Positions 1-9,993 of a stretch of DNA of 20,000 bases are shown piece by piece. The position numbers were made by a program, and so were the translations under genes. Location of the stretch: assembly GCA_013239625.1 (NCBI GenBank), contig MU053209.1, positions 172,594 to 192,593 on the forward strand, given 5' to 3'. The notes beneath the pieces are model-generated. The model was not told the origin of the DNA, made no database searches, and saw nothing but the letters and a program-made list of their open reading frames with translations. Source of the stretch: Lama guanicoe. Its lineage: Eukaryota. Within the stretch, counting starts at the first letter, position 1, and each line of letters opens with the position of its first letter.

Positions 1-59
1 ATATTAATAAACATGAATACTAATCATAAAGGAACATAATTCATATAGCAACCTTATTA

Positions 60-940
60 ACATAAAGAACTCCTACTCACCAAAAGAAATTAAAGTAAGT
101 AAGTGATTCACAGAAAGGTAGAAGATATTCTGGGTACATGCATCTGAAAATGATCTGTATCCAGAATATATGAAGGATGCTGTGAATCAATTAAAAAAAG
201 CAAAAGAATAAATTTTTTTAAATGGGCAAAGTTTTATAGAAGTATTTTACTAATGAGTTTACTAATGAGTGTATTTAAATGATCAATAAGCATATGAAAA
301 ATATTCAACTTCAATAATCATCAGGGAAGGGAAGATTAAAACTACAATGAGATTATAGAATACACTCATCAGAAAGGTGAAGATTAAGAAAAGACTGACA
401 ATGTGACTTACTGATCAGAAAGTAGCACCAGATCCCTCATACGATGTTGATGAGATTATTAGACCAATTTTGAAAAAAAGTGCTTAGCAGTATCTACTAA
501 AACTAAATGTACATATTTCCTAAGCCCATAGCACTCCCATGAAAAATTAGTTCAAATCCCAACAAAGGATATTTGCACAAATATTTATAGCAAATGTACT
601 CATGTAGAAAAAAAACCTGGAAGGAACACAGATGTACCAAGAAAAGGACAGACAATTTATAATATTAGTTATAATGACATTCTACTATAAAACAAACAAA
701 AAAAAAGGTCAGTCTCTCAATATATGTTATACTATAGATAAATTCACAATGTATCATGTTGAACAAGAGGAAAACAGAAAAGATTACATAGGCTATTCAT
801 AATTTTATTTGAATTTCAACTACAGCAAAACCAATATATGATGATAAAAGTCAGGGTGGTAATTATAGTCATTACTTCTGCAGTTTACTGATAGTATAAA
901 GGAAACTTCTGGGGTGGTAAAATTACTATATTTTATTTTT
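60..940 (+). mobile_element. Ancient L1 (L1ME/L1MC-like) ORF2 end and 3' UTR remnant
   Basis: Recognisable L1 blocks occur in order: GTATCCAGAATATATGAAG, AAATGGGCAAA, CATATGAAAAATATTCAACTTCAATAATCATCAGGGAA..ATTAAAACTACAATGAGAT, ATATTTATAGCAAA, and the 3'-end block GATAAAAGTCAGGGTGGT..GGAAACTTCTGGGGTGGTAAAATT. Heavily diverged; boundaries approximate. Confidence 0.75.
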
Positions 941-1132
941 AATCAAAAATAAAAAATAATGTATAACAAAACATATTACTTAAGTATGGATCAATTGGTA
1001 ATTATAGTCATTACTTCTGCAGTTTACTGATAGTATAAAGAAACTTCTGGGGTGGTAAAATTATTATATTTTATTTTTTATCAAAAATAAAAAATAATGT
1101 ATAACAAAACATATTACTTAAGTATGGATCAA
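857..1132. repeat. Tandem duplication, two copies of ~138 bp (period 139)
   Basis: 857-994 and 996-1132 both read TGGTAATTATAGTCATTACTTCTGCAG...TAAGTATGGATCAA. By eye they differ by 1 indel and 2 substitutions. Confidence 0.97.
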
Positions 1133-1139
1133 CATTGGA

Positions 1140-2080
1140 AAGTCTATTAAGATTAAAATATAAAAGCGATCAAATATATAATTTTATCAATTAGTGGAAA
1201 CAATTTCTTATACTAGGAAAAATAAAGGACATTTTTCCAATGTCAACAATAACTCTAAGTTAAATGGAAATATATATTTTTTAATATATCTATATGTTTT
1301 CTGGGAAAAAAGAATAAAACATTATTAAAAAACAAAACAGAATATAAAGAAGGCTAACAAATAAGTAGATGTTACATATCTGTTGGTGGTCAATACAACT
1401 TCAATTAAAATCTAGGCAGGGTTTTCTGTGAAACCTAAAAGGGATGGGGGGATTCTTAACCAGATATCAAGATTTATAATAAAATTTTAGAAATGAACAC
1501 TGTGCAATATTTCACTTAGACTAATAGACAAATGAGCACAAAAGAAACACATAGATGCTATAATATGTAATAACTTGACATATGATAAAATCTGTGTCAG
1601 TAAACAGGTGGTAAATGATAGACTATTAAATACCAAAATGCGAAAAGTGAATGTTACATTTGAGACATTACAAGGAAATAATCTAATGGTATTAAATTTA
1701 CTAACTTCTTAAAAGATAATAGAGACACAAATATAAACAAAAAATAATGCCGCAATGCAAATGAATAAGGACTGAGTATCCAAAACATACACTGAGCAAG
1801 CAGCCCAAAACATGAATAGTTATTACAAAAAAGAAAGCCAAGTCGTCAATAAATATAAGAAAATCTTCTCTTCTTTCATAGTCATATGTGGGAACAACTT
1901 GAAGGAACAGTGAAATAATATTCCACACATAAGATCAACGAATGATACGCTTGGAATATACAATGTTGATAAAGATGTGGAAAAAAAAGAAATTTTCATT
2001 CACTTGGATAATGATTTTGATAATTAGCAAAGTTGGAAATGATCTGTTTCAAGCAGAAGGAACCCTGGGAACTTATCCCT
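1140..2080 (+). mobile_element. Ancient L1 (L1ME-like) ORF2 remnant
   Basis: A-rich + strand with decayed ORF2 blocks: CCAGATATCAAGATTTATAATAAA, AACTTGACATATGATAAA, GTAAATGATAGACTATTAAATA, AATGTTGATAAAGATGTGGAAAAAAAAGAAATTTTCATTCACT. No intact frame. The 3' part is repeated at 3869-4140. Confidence 0.6.
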
Positions 2081-2166
2081 AGGAAGCGCCATTTGTGTTG
2101 GTCCTGGGTATTAGACATTGAAGAGCCAGGGGAATAACAGGAGAGAGTTTTACAAAGAGATTAAAA

Positions 2167-2186
2167 AACAACAACAACAACAACAA
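2167..2186 (+). repeat. Short (CAA)n microsatellite
   Basis: AACAACAACAACAACAACAA. The duplicate near 4227-4246 has its last unit changed to AAA. This tract is the source of the polyQ in ORFs 2118..2309 and 4178..4369. Confidence 0.85.
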
Positions 2187-2549
2187 AATGGCCATAGAAA
2201 CACTGTAGGAATGAACGCTCCTCTACCAGATATCCTGAGCATTGACCACATCTACTATGTGGAGCCTTTCAAGTGGACACAAGAATATATATCCAAATTA
2301 TTTTTATAGCCCTGGTTATATGACTTCCACTCAATACAACACAGAGATAAAACAGTCATATCTGAGGTCACTTCTAGAGACAACAGATGGTATCCACATC
2401 TCACAACTATCCAATACTGTTTGAATAGAGATGTCTGGCTTTTATTCCTTAATATGTTAGATTTCAACAAGCTATTTTATTTTAATATAGGACTATAACA
2501 CAAACAAACTTTGATAACCACCTATTCATATTTAAATAATGCCAAAAAG

Positions 2550-2640
2550 AAGACACTAGGCTCAAGGTCTCCAAGTCAGGTACCTGAATGGCTGGAATTA
2601 GAGATAGGATCTCTGGATTTTCAGCCCTGTGTTCACTACA
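2550..2640 (-). mobile_element. MIR SINE fragment
   Basis: CTCAAGGTCTCCAAGTCAGGTACCTGAATGGCTGGAATTAGAGATAGGATCTCTGGATTTTCAGCCCTGTGTTCACTAC resembles the reverse-complement MIR core (CCCAAGGTCACACAGCTAGTAAGTGGCAGAGCTGGGATTTGAACCCAGG). Confidence 0.6.
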
Positions 2641-3238
2641 GAAAAAGATCCACAGAAAATTCAGTGAGCACTATTGAGTGAAATGAGCCATGCATCCTAT
2701 TTTGCGCATCTCTGTGCTGCATATATTTGATCAGAAATTGTAGGTGTAGGTAGAAGGTGTTGCAGAAAAAGCATCGTGGGCACACAGACCCGGTAAAGGC
2801 TTGCAGACTGATCCTGTCTATTAGGTGGGACTAACAATTTCAGTTAATATAGAAATTTTGCAAAACATTCAGCCGAAATGAAGGTGAACAAAATATTTTC
2901 TAGTATTTTTACTTCATAGGTTTCAACTTGCAACTTTCACACTGCTACCAGGTTACAGCAAACTTTCTCTCCTCATTCTGGTCAGAGTGCTGTACCGTAG
3001 TTTTCAAACATGTCTTTCTGTTTGAGGCTTCCTTTCTTCCACAAGCTATATGCTGCCTGTGATTTTTTCACTAGATTTACTTTCCCATAAAGCTACCTTC
3101 TATCCATTCTTGAAGATAAAACTTAAGTCACTTATTCAACATAGTTTGCAAGTCCTAATCAGAGGAATTACATGAGAAAAAGAAACAAAAAGGCATCCAC
3201 ATCGGAAAGGAAGAAATAAAACTGTCACTATTTATGGA

Positions 3239-3868
3239 NNNNNNNNNNNNNNNNNNNNNNNNNNNNNNNNNNNNNNNNNNNNNNNNNNNNNNNNNNNNNN
3301 NNNNNNNNNNNNNNNNNNNNNNNNNNNNNNNNNNNNNNNNNNNNNNNNNNNNNNNNNNNNNNNNNNNNNNNNNNNNNNNNNNNNNNNNNNNNNNNNNNNN
3401 NNNNNNNNNNNNNNNNNNNNNNNNNNNNNNNNNNNNNNNNNNNNNNNNNNNNNNNNNNNNNNNNNNNNNNNNNNNNNNNNNNNNNNNNNNNNNNNNNNNN
3501 NNNNNNNNNNNNNNNNNNNNNNNNNNNNNNNNNNNNNNNNNNNNNNNNNNNNNNNNNNNNNNNNNNNNNNNNNNNNNNNNNNNNNNNNNNNNNNNNNNNN
3601 NNNNNNNNNNNNNNNNNNNNNNNNNNNNNNNNNNNNNNNNNNNNNNNNNNNNNNNNNNNNNNNNNNNNNNNNNNNNNNNNNNNNNNNNNNNNNNNNNNNN
3701 NNNNNNNNNNNNNNNNNNNNNNNNNNNNNNNNNNNNNNNNNNNNNNNNNNNNNNNNNNNNNNNNNNNNNNNNNNNNNNNNNNNNNNNNNNNNNNNNNNNN
3801 NNNNNNNNNNNNNNNNNNNNNNNNNNNNNNNNNNNNNNNNNNNNNNNNNNNNNNNNNNNNNNNNNNNN
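3239..3868. other. Assembly gap (630 N)
   Basis: Run of N seen directly. Confidence 1.
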
Positions 3869-5297
3869 AACATGAATAGTTATTACAAAAAAGAAAGCCA
3901 AGTCGTCAATAAATATAAGAAAATCTTCTCTTCTTTCATAGTCATATGTGGGAACAACTTGAAGGAACAGTGAAATAATATTCCACACATAAGATCAAAG
4001 AATGATACACTTGGAATATACAATGTTGATAAAGATGTGGAAAAAAAAGAAATTTTCATTCACTTGGATAATGATTTTGATAATTAGCAAAGTTGGAAAT
4101 GATCTGTTTCAAGCAGAAGGAACCCTGGGAACTTATCCCTAGGAAGCGCCATTTGTGTTGGTCCTGGGTATTAGACATTGAAGAGTCAGGGGAATAACAG
4201 GAGAGAGTTTTACAAAGAGATTAAAAAACAACAACAACAACAAAAAAATGGCCATAGAAACACTGTAGGAATGATCGCTCCTCTACCAGATATCCTGAGC
4301 ATTGACCACATCTACTGTGTGGAGCCTTTCAAGTGGACACAAGAATATATATCCAAATTATTTTTATAGCCCTGGTTATATGACTTCCACTCAATACAAA
4401 ACAGAGGTAAAACAGTCATATCTGAGGTCACTTCTAGAGACAACAGATGGTATCCACATCTCACAACTATCCAATACTGTTTGAATAGAGATGTCTGGCT
4501 TTTATTCCTTAATATGTTAGATTTCAACAAGCTATTTTATTTTAATATAGGACTATAACACAAACAAACTTTGATAACCACCTATTCATATTTAAATAAT
4601 GCCAAAAAGAAGACACTAGGCTCAAGGTCTCCAAGTCAGGTAACTGAATGGCTGGAATTAGAGATATGATCTCCAGATTTTCAGCCCTGTGTTCACTACA
4701 GAAAAAGATCCACAGAAAATTCAGTGAGCACTATTGAGTGAAATGAGCCATGCATCCTATTTTGCGCATCTCTGTGCTGCATATATTTGATCAGAAATTG
4801 TAGGTGTAGGTAGAAGGTGTTGCAGAAAAAGCATCGTGGGCACACAGACCCGGTAAAGGCTTGCAGACTGATCCTGTCTATTAGGTGGGACTAACAATTT
4901 CAGTTAATATAGAAATTTTGCAAAACATTCAGCCGAAATGAAGGTGAACAAAATATTTTCTAGTATTTTTACTTCATAGGTTTCAACTTGCAACTTTCAC
5001 ACTGCTACCAGGTTACAGCAAACTTTCTCTCCTCATTCTGGTCAGAGTGCTGTACCGTAGTTTTCAAACATGTCTTTCTGTTGAGGCTTCCTTTCTTCCA
5101 CAAGCTATATGCTGCCTGTGATTTTTTCTTTAGTTTGACTTCCCCATAAAGCTACCTTCTATCCATTCTTGAAGATAAAACTTAAGTCACTTATTCAACA
5201 TAGTTTGCAAGTCCTAATCAGAGGAATTACATGAGAAAAAGAAACAAAAAGGCATCCACATCGCAAAGGAAGAAATAAAACTGTCACTATTTATGGA
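3869..5297. repeat. Copy B of >=1.43-kb direct duplication
   Basis: Near-identical to 1809-3238 and includes the duplicated MIR at ~4610-4700. Confidence 0.97.
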
Positions 5298-5561
5298 ACA
5301 CTGGCCAGAGTGCTGTACTGTAGTTTTTAAACATGTCTTTCTGTTTGAGGCTTCCTTTCTTCCACAAGCTATATGCTGCCTGTGATTTTTTCACTAGTTT
5401 GACTTCCCCATAAAGCTACCTCCTATCCATTCTTCAAGATAAAACTTAAGTCACTTATTCAACATAGTTTGCAAGTCCTAATCAGAGGAATTACATGAGA
5501 AAAAGAAACAAAAAGGCATCCACATCAGAAAGGAAGAAATAAAACTGTCACTATTTATGGA
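5038..5561. repeat. Tandem duplication of a ~260-bp unit (period 263); third copy at 2978-3238
   Basis: CTGG(T/C)CAGAGTGCTGTAC(C/T)GTAG...CTGTCACTATTTATGGA at 5038-5297 and 5301-5561, separated by ACA. Confidence 0.96.
5345..5451 (+). mobile_element. L2 3'-region fragment, left part (interrupted by L1)
   Basis: GCTGCCTGTGATTTTTTC...GCTACCTCCTATCCATTCTTCAAGATAAAACTTAAGT resembles L2 TCTGCCTGGAATGC..AACTCCTATTCATCCTTCAAGACTCAGCTCAAATGT. Also copied in the duplicated units. Confidence 0.5.
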
Positions 5562-7439
5562 TGACTTGATTTTATATTGAAGAAATTCAAAAGACTGCAC
5601 AAAAACTGTTGGTATCAATAAACAAATTCAATAAAGTTGCAAGGTACAAAATCAATATATAAAATACACTGCATTTTTATACAGTAACAACAAACTATCA
5701 AAAAATAAATTAAGAAAAAATTCCATTTAAAAATGCATCAAAAATAATAAGATACTTAGGGATTAATTTAACCAAAAAGAATGAAAACTCTAAGATACTG
5801 ATGAAAAACTTGAAGACACAAATAAATGTAAAGATATCCCATGCTCATGGAGTGAAAGAATTAGTATTGTTAAAAGTTATTTTACCCAAAGCAATATACA
5901 GATTCAGGTCAATCACTATCAAAATTCCAATGGTATTTTTCACAGAAATTGAACAAATGATCCTAAAATTTGTATGGGGTCACAAAGGACCCCAAATAGC
6001 CAAAGCAATCTTAAGGCAGAAGAACAAAGCTGGAGGCATCATGTTCCTTGATTTAAAACTGTATTACCAAGCTATAGTAATCAAACTAGTATGATATTTG
6101 TGTAAAAACAGACACATAAAACAATGAAACAGAATAGGGAGCCCTAAAACAAACCCACTCATATATGACCAATTGAATTACAACAAGGAGGCAAGAATAT
6201 ACAATGAGGAAAAGACAGTCTCTCCAATATATTTTGTTGAGAAACCTGGACAGCTACATGCAAAACAATGAAATTAGACTACTACCTTACACGATGCACA
6301 AAAATTAACTCAAAATGCATTAAATGTTTGAATGTAAGACCTGAAACCATAAAACGCCTACAAGAAAATATACACAGTAAGATCCTGCATAAAGGTCTTT
6401 GTGATTTTTTGGGTCTGACGCCAAAGGCGAAGGCAACAAAGGAGAAAACAAAAAAGTAGGACGTCAAACTGAAAAGCTTCTGCACAGGGAAGGAAAGCAT
6501 CAACAAAATGCAAAGGCTACCTACAGGACGGATAAGATATCTGCAAATCATGTATCCGTTAGGAGGTTAACATCCAAATATATGAAGAACTCATACAATA
6601 AAAATTTTTTGATTTTAAAAATGGGCAGAAGATTGAAAAGACATTTTTCCAAAGAAGATGTACAGATGGCCAAACAGCACAGAAAAAGCGACCCATGTCA
6701 CTCGTGATCAGAGAAATGCAAATCAAACCACAATGAGATACAATCTGACATCTGCTAGAAAGGCTATTATCAAAAAGAACTTAAATAACAGGTGTTGACA
6801 AGGATATGGAGAAAAGTAAACTCTTGTGCACTGTTTGTCAGTACCGAATTGTTGCAGGCACTACGGAAAGCAGCGTGGAGGTTCCTCAAAAAATTAAAAA
6901 GAGAACTACCATTTGACCAAGCATTTTCACTTTTGGTTAGTCAACCAAAAATACTAAAACACTAACCCCAAAAGATATATGTACCCCATGTTCATTGCAG
7001 CATTATTTACAGTAGCCAAGATATGAAAACAATCTAAGTGGCCATTGACAGATGAATGGATAAAGAGGATTTGCTACACACACACACAAACACACACATA
7101 TACACACACAGAGAGAAATATTATTCAGTCATGTAAAAGAATGAAATCTTGCCATTTGCAATAATATGGATGAGCTCTGAGGGTATTATATGCTAAATGA
7201 AATAAGTCAGAAAAGACAAATAACGTTAGATCTCACTTATATGTGAAATCTAAGAAAACAAAACATGAACAAGCAAAACAAACAAATAAAACAACTAATG
7301 GATGCAGAAAACAGATTGGTGGTTGACAGAAGAGAGTGAGCTGAGGAGGGTGTGAAATGGTGAAGGGGGTCAAGAGGTACAAACTTCCATTTATAAAATA
7401 AGTAAGGACATAATGGAAAAAAAGAAAAAAAAGAAATAA
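5452..7439 (+). mobile_element. 5'-truncated LINE-1, L1MA9-like (ORF2 RT to C-terminus, partial 3' UTR, A-rich tail)
   Basis: Starts inside RT: KLSLFMDDLILY at ~5542-5577 is the FADD motif region. ORFs 5801..6094 ([50 protein letters not shown]) and 6268..6459 (MKLDYYLT..TKINSK..LNVRPETIK) are clear ORF2 pieces. The C-terminal CTPMFIAALFTVAK block lies at ~6980-7020. The 3' UTR reads GGGGGTCAAGAGGTACAAACTTCCATTTATAAAATAAGTAAG, followed by an A-rich tail at 7417-7439. Multiple stops and frameshifts make it inactive. Confidence 0.95.
7076..7116. repeat. Imperfect (CA)n(GA)n microsatellite inside L1
   Basis: TACACACACACACAAACACACACATATACACACACAGAGAGA. Confidence 0.85.
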
Positions 7440-7555
7440 AAGATACAGCTAACGTTTTCTTCCTAGAAAAGTCTACCTCGTCTTAGTTAGACATTCATCT
7501 ATTTTGCTCTCATAGCACTATGTGTGTTACCTTTTCATGACATTTCATGTCACCC
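7440..7555 (+). mobile_element. L2 3'-region fragment, right part
   Basis: AAGATACAGCTAACGTTTTCTTCCTAGAAAAGTCTACC..TTTTGCTCTCATAGCACTATGTGTGTTACCTTTTCATGACATTTCATGTCAC resembles L2 AAGACTCAGCTCAAATGTCACCTCCTCTAGGAAGCCTTCC..TGTGCTCCCATAGCAC. Confidence 0.55.
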
Positions 7556-7589
7556 AGGATGTACCACATCAGACTATTAATATCAAACA

Positions 7590-7686
7590 AGTAAATTATA
7601 CACATATATATGTGAAATTAATATATGTAAGTTATATCTATAAATTAATATGAGTATATGAGTATATAAATATATATATAAATTAT
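7590..7686. repeat. AT-rich / (TA)n low-complexity tract
   Basis: ATACACATATATATGTGAAATTAATATATG..TGAGTATATGAGTATATAAATATATATATAAATTATG. Confidence 0.7.
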
Positions 7687-9364
7687 GAAGACATAGTGAA
7701 TCAAAATACAGGGAGATGAGCCCAGAAATTCATCTCCCCCAGCTCAAATCAATCACTGACAACATTGTTCTTTTCTCTGGATGATATATGATTAACAACA
7801 GAATATTCAGTACAGATTAAGAAAAGAATTACAGATGTTTTTATTATAAAAATGCTAAGAGGTGGTGGGGTCTATAATAGCATCATGGACACTCTCTACC
7901 TTTAGTGTTTCTTCACTCCAGACCCTTGGTGACGTATCTACTGAATTAAGCACATTTGGCAGAGAGCAGTTATAGAACCACTTCAACCCAACAAGGTAAC
8001 TCTTTCTTCTTTCCCTTGGAATCAGCATATTTTTCTTTGACCATCATTTCCAAAGATGACTTACTTAAAAACATTACTGTCTAAACACGTCTTGTCTTGA
8101 GCCTTTCGGTAGACTGGGTAAATTCAATTCTCTTCCTAAATTCAATTATTCATATTTCTCTCCCAAACACTTTGAGGAAAGACCTCATATGTATTTTTAT
8201 TCATCTTTCTGAACTCCCCTGTAATTAAGGTTGGCTCTCAAGCTATGTTTGATAGGACGGTCAGGTCACCGCATATTCAGGTATATATAATTATCTTTTA
8301 TGGGTGACTGGTCACAAATTCAATAAAATTTACACAAGTGCTTTGCTTAGTTCCCCACAGAGAATGATCGCTCCCTACCAGTTGCCCAGAAGAAGTACAT
8401 CCAGTTGGTCACACACTGCTGCACAGACTCTTTTTTTTTTTTTTATGGAAATCAGTAATTCACTCTGTGGGACCTTGAATTTGAGTTTGCATTTATTTTG
8501 ACAATAATTGGGTAGTAGAATTATGTAAAGAGGTAAATAGTTTGTTTCAATCAACACCTAGATTGCAGGTCTCATTGTTTATTGATTTTCAAGTCCTTTT
8601 TTCCACTTGTCAAAAGAGAAATATAAAAAGGTGATAATTATTCTGATCATGCTCCCAGGACAGATTCACTCTTGTGTTAATGATTTACAAAAATCAAATA
8701 CGTTTGAGAAATGTAACTGCCTTTTCCTCCTTTTATAATTTTTCGTGTTTCGTATGTGGCAACCTAAGTGGATTATAACATTTCAAAATGACATACATTT
8801 TGATACCCTTTTATAAAACACACATGATTAAGACTGTATCTTCTAAAAGATAAATAAAAATCATTATGCCTTGCATTCTTGGGGTATCAGATAACTGGGA
8901 AAGTGACTTGGAAAACATATGTGACATATAAAAGTCCAGATTTAACTGGGTGTATATGATGTGCATGCACAGAAATTTGAGGAATGTTAAATGTTTAATT
9001 TCCCAAGGTTACATAGGAACTTTCTATAAGTCATAGCAGTGCATGGAAAGTAAATATAATCATAGGCACAAAAACACATATATGTGTAGATATTTTTTAG
9101 GTAACTGTTTTCAAACTCCTCTAACCCATGTAGCAAAGTTAGCTTGGTCAACCCTGAGCATATTTCAAGGGAATTTCAGGAAGGAGAGCAGAGATCAAAG
9201 TTTAGGAAATATTTTTTTTTCCCCAGAATGAACATTTTTCTAATGGTCAAAGAATTCTTTTTTAAGATGGGGAAAGTATTCATTGTTTTGCTGCACAATG
9301 TCTATGACAATTTCATTTGCTAGTGTTTACTGGAAGTAATCTAATATGAAGAAAGGTATAAAAC

Positions 9365-9465
9365 GGAAGAATTTTCTCAACTTATTTGACTCTGGCATCC
9401 CATTTTCAAGAAACACTTCATTTGACCAGCGTTCTATGAAACACATTTTGGGATAAATGTATTTA
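9365..9465. mobile_element. Possible non-autonomous hAT-Charlie (MER-type) DNA transposon remnant
   Basis: TTTTCTCAACTTATTTGAC..CAGCGTTCTATGAAACACATTTTGGGATAAATG resembles recalled Charlie-derived MER ends (TTTCCCAAACTTATTTGACC..GTGTTCCATGGAACACACTTTGGGAAATGCTG). Exact family uncertain. Confidence 0.4.
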
Positions 9466-9699
9466 ATGGCATACGTAGTTCTATGACCAAGCACACCTAA
9501 AGATGCGCAAGGAGTTAAAGCAGCAATTTCATAATCTACAATGAAAGGCACACCCAGTGCCAATGGTGGGCATGGTTAGAAAGTCAATGACAAGATTGGA
9601 TAGGAGAGTGAGAAAAGGCAAAAGTGTTAAAGACGCAAGCTTGATGAAAAATAAAGTGGAACGAAAGAATGATGTAATCCAAAATGTACATTAGAGGCA

Positions 9700-9905
9700 G
9701 GATGAACAGCACGACGAAAGCAGACAGACCTAAATTCAAATCTGGACTATAACTAGTTTACCTTGACAAGTAAAATAAACTCTGACTTCTATTTTCTTGT
9801 GGCTCAATGAGACTACTATGTCACAGAGATTTTAAAAAGGAGCATCTAAGCCACAGTTTAGGACGTGGCTGTTGGCCAGTAGAAAGCTGTTGTAAGTATT
9901 GTTTA
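9700..9905 (+). mobile_element. MIR SINE, near full length and diverged
   Basis: CAGACAGACCTAAATTCAAATCTGGACT..ACTAGTTTACCTTGACAAGTAAAATAAACTCTGACTTCTATTTTCTTG..TCACAGAGATT..GGCCAGTAGAAAGCTGTTGTAAGTATTG follows the MIR consensus order. Confidence 0.7.
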
Positions 9906-9930
9906 ATGTGCAGGAGTAAGAGGCAATGAT

Positions 9931-9993
9931 CGTAAAATGATTATAAATCAATAAAAAATGTTTAAAGAAATAAAATAAAATAAAAAAATAAAA
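9931..9993 (+). mobile_element. Extremely 5'-truncated young L1 insertion (~63 bp) with 13-bp TSD
   Basis: AAGAGGCAATGAT at 9918-9930 and 9994-10006 flanks CGTAAAATGATTATAAATCAATAAAAAATGTTT plus an A-rich tail. Confidence 0.85.

Larger units (their letters stand above)
1809..3238. repeat. Copy A of >=1.43-kb direct duplication
   Basis: Aligns to 3869-5297 at offset 2060/2059 with about 19 differences counted by eye (~98.7% identity). The ORF track shows the same spurious ORFs twice. Confidence 0.97.

Noticed and set aside
3155..3988. Long ORFs of 213-277 aa in the ORF track
   Set aside because: They are artefacts of translating through the N gap.
2118..4530. Duplicated small ORFs, including a polyQ-containing one
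   Set aside because: Mostly non-ATG starts, overlapping frames, polyQ from a (CAA)n microsatellite, and recurrence explained by the DNA duplication.
857..5561. Repeated units as a CRISPR-like or programmed array
   Set aside because: Units are long, of unrelated sizes, with no repeat-spacer structure and no cas genes; the context is mammalian.
5801..6459. ORFs with clear protein homology
   Set aside because: They are fragments of a decayed L1 ORF2 with stops and frameshifts, not a host gene or an active RT system.
8427..8445. T-run as a processed pseudogene or retroposon tail
   Set aside because: No TSD and no recognisable element or poly(A) signal in the matching orientation.
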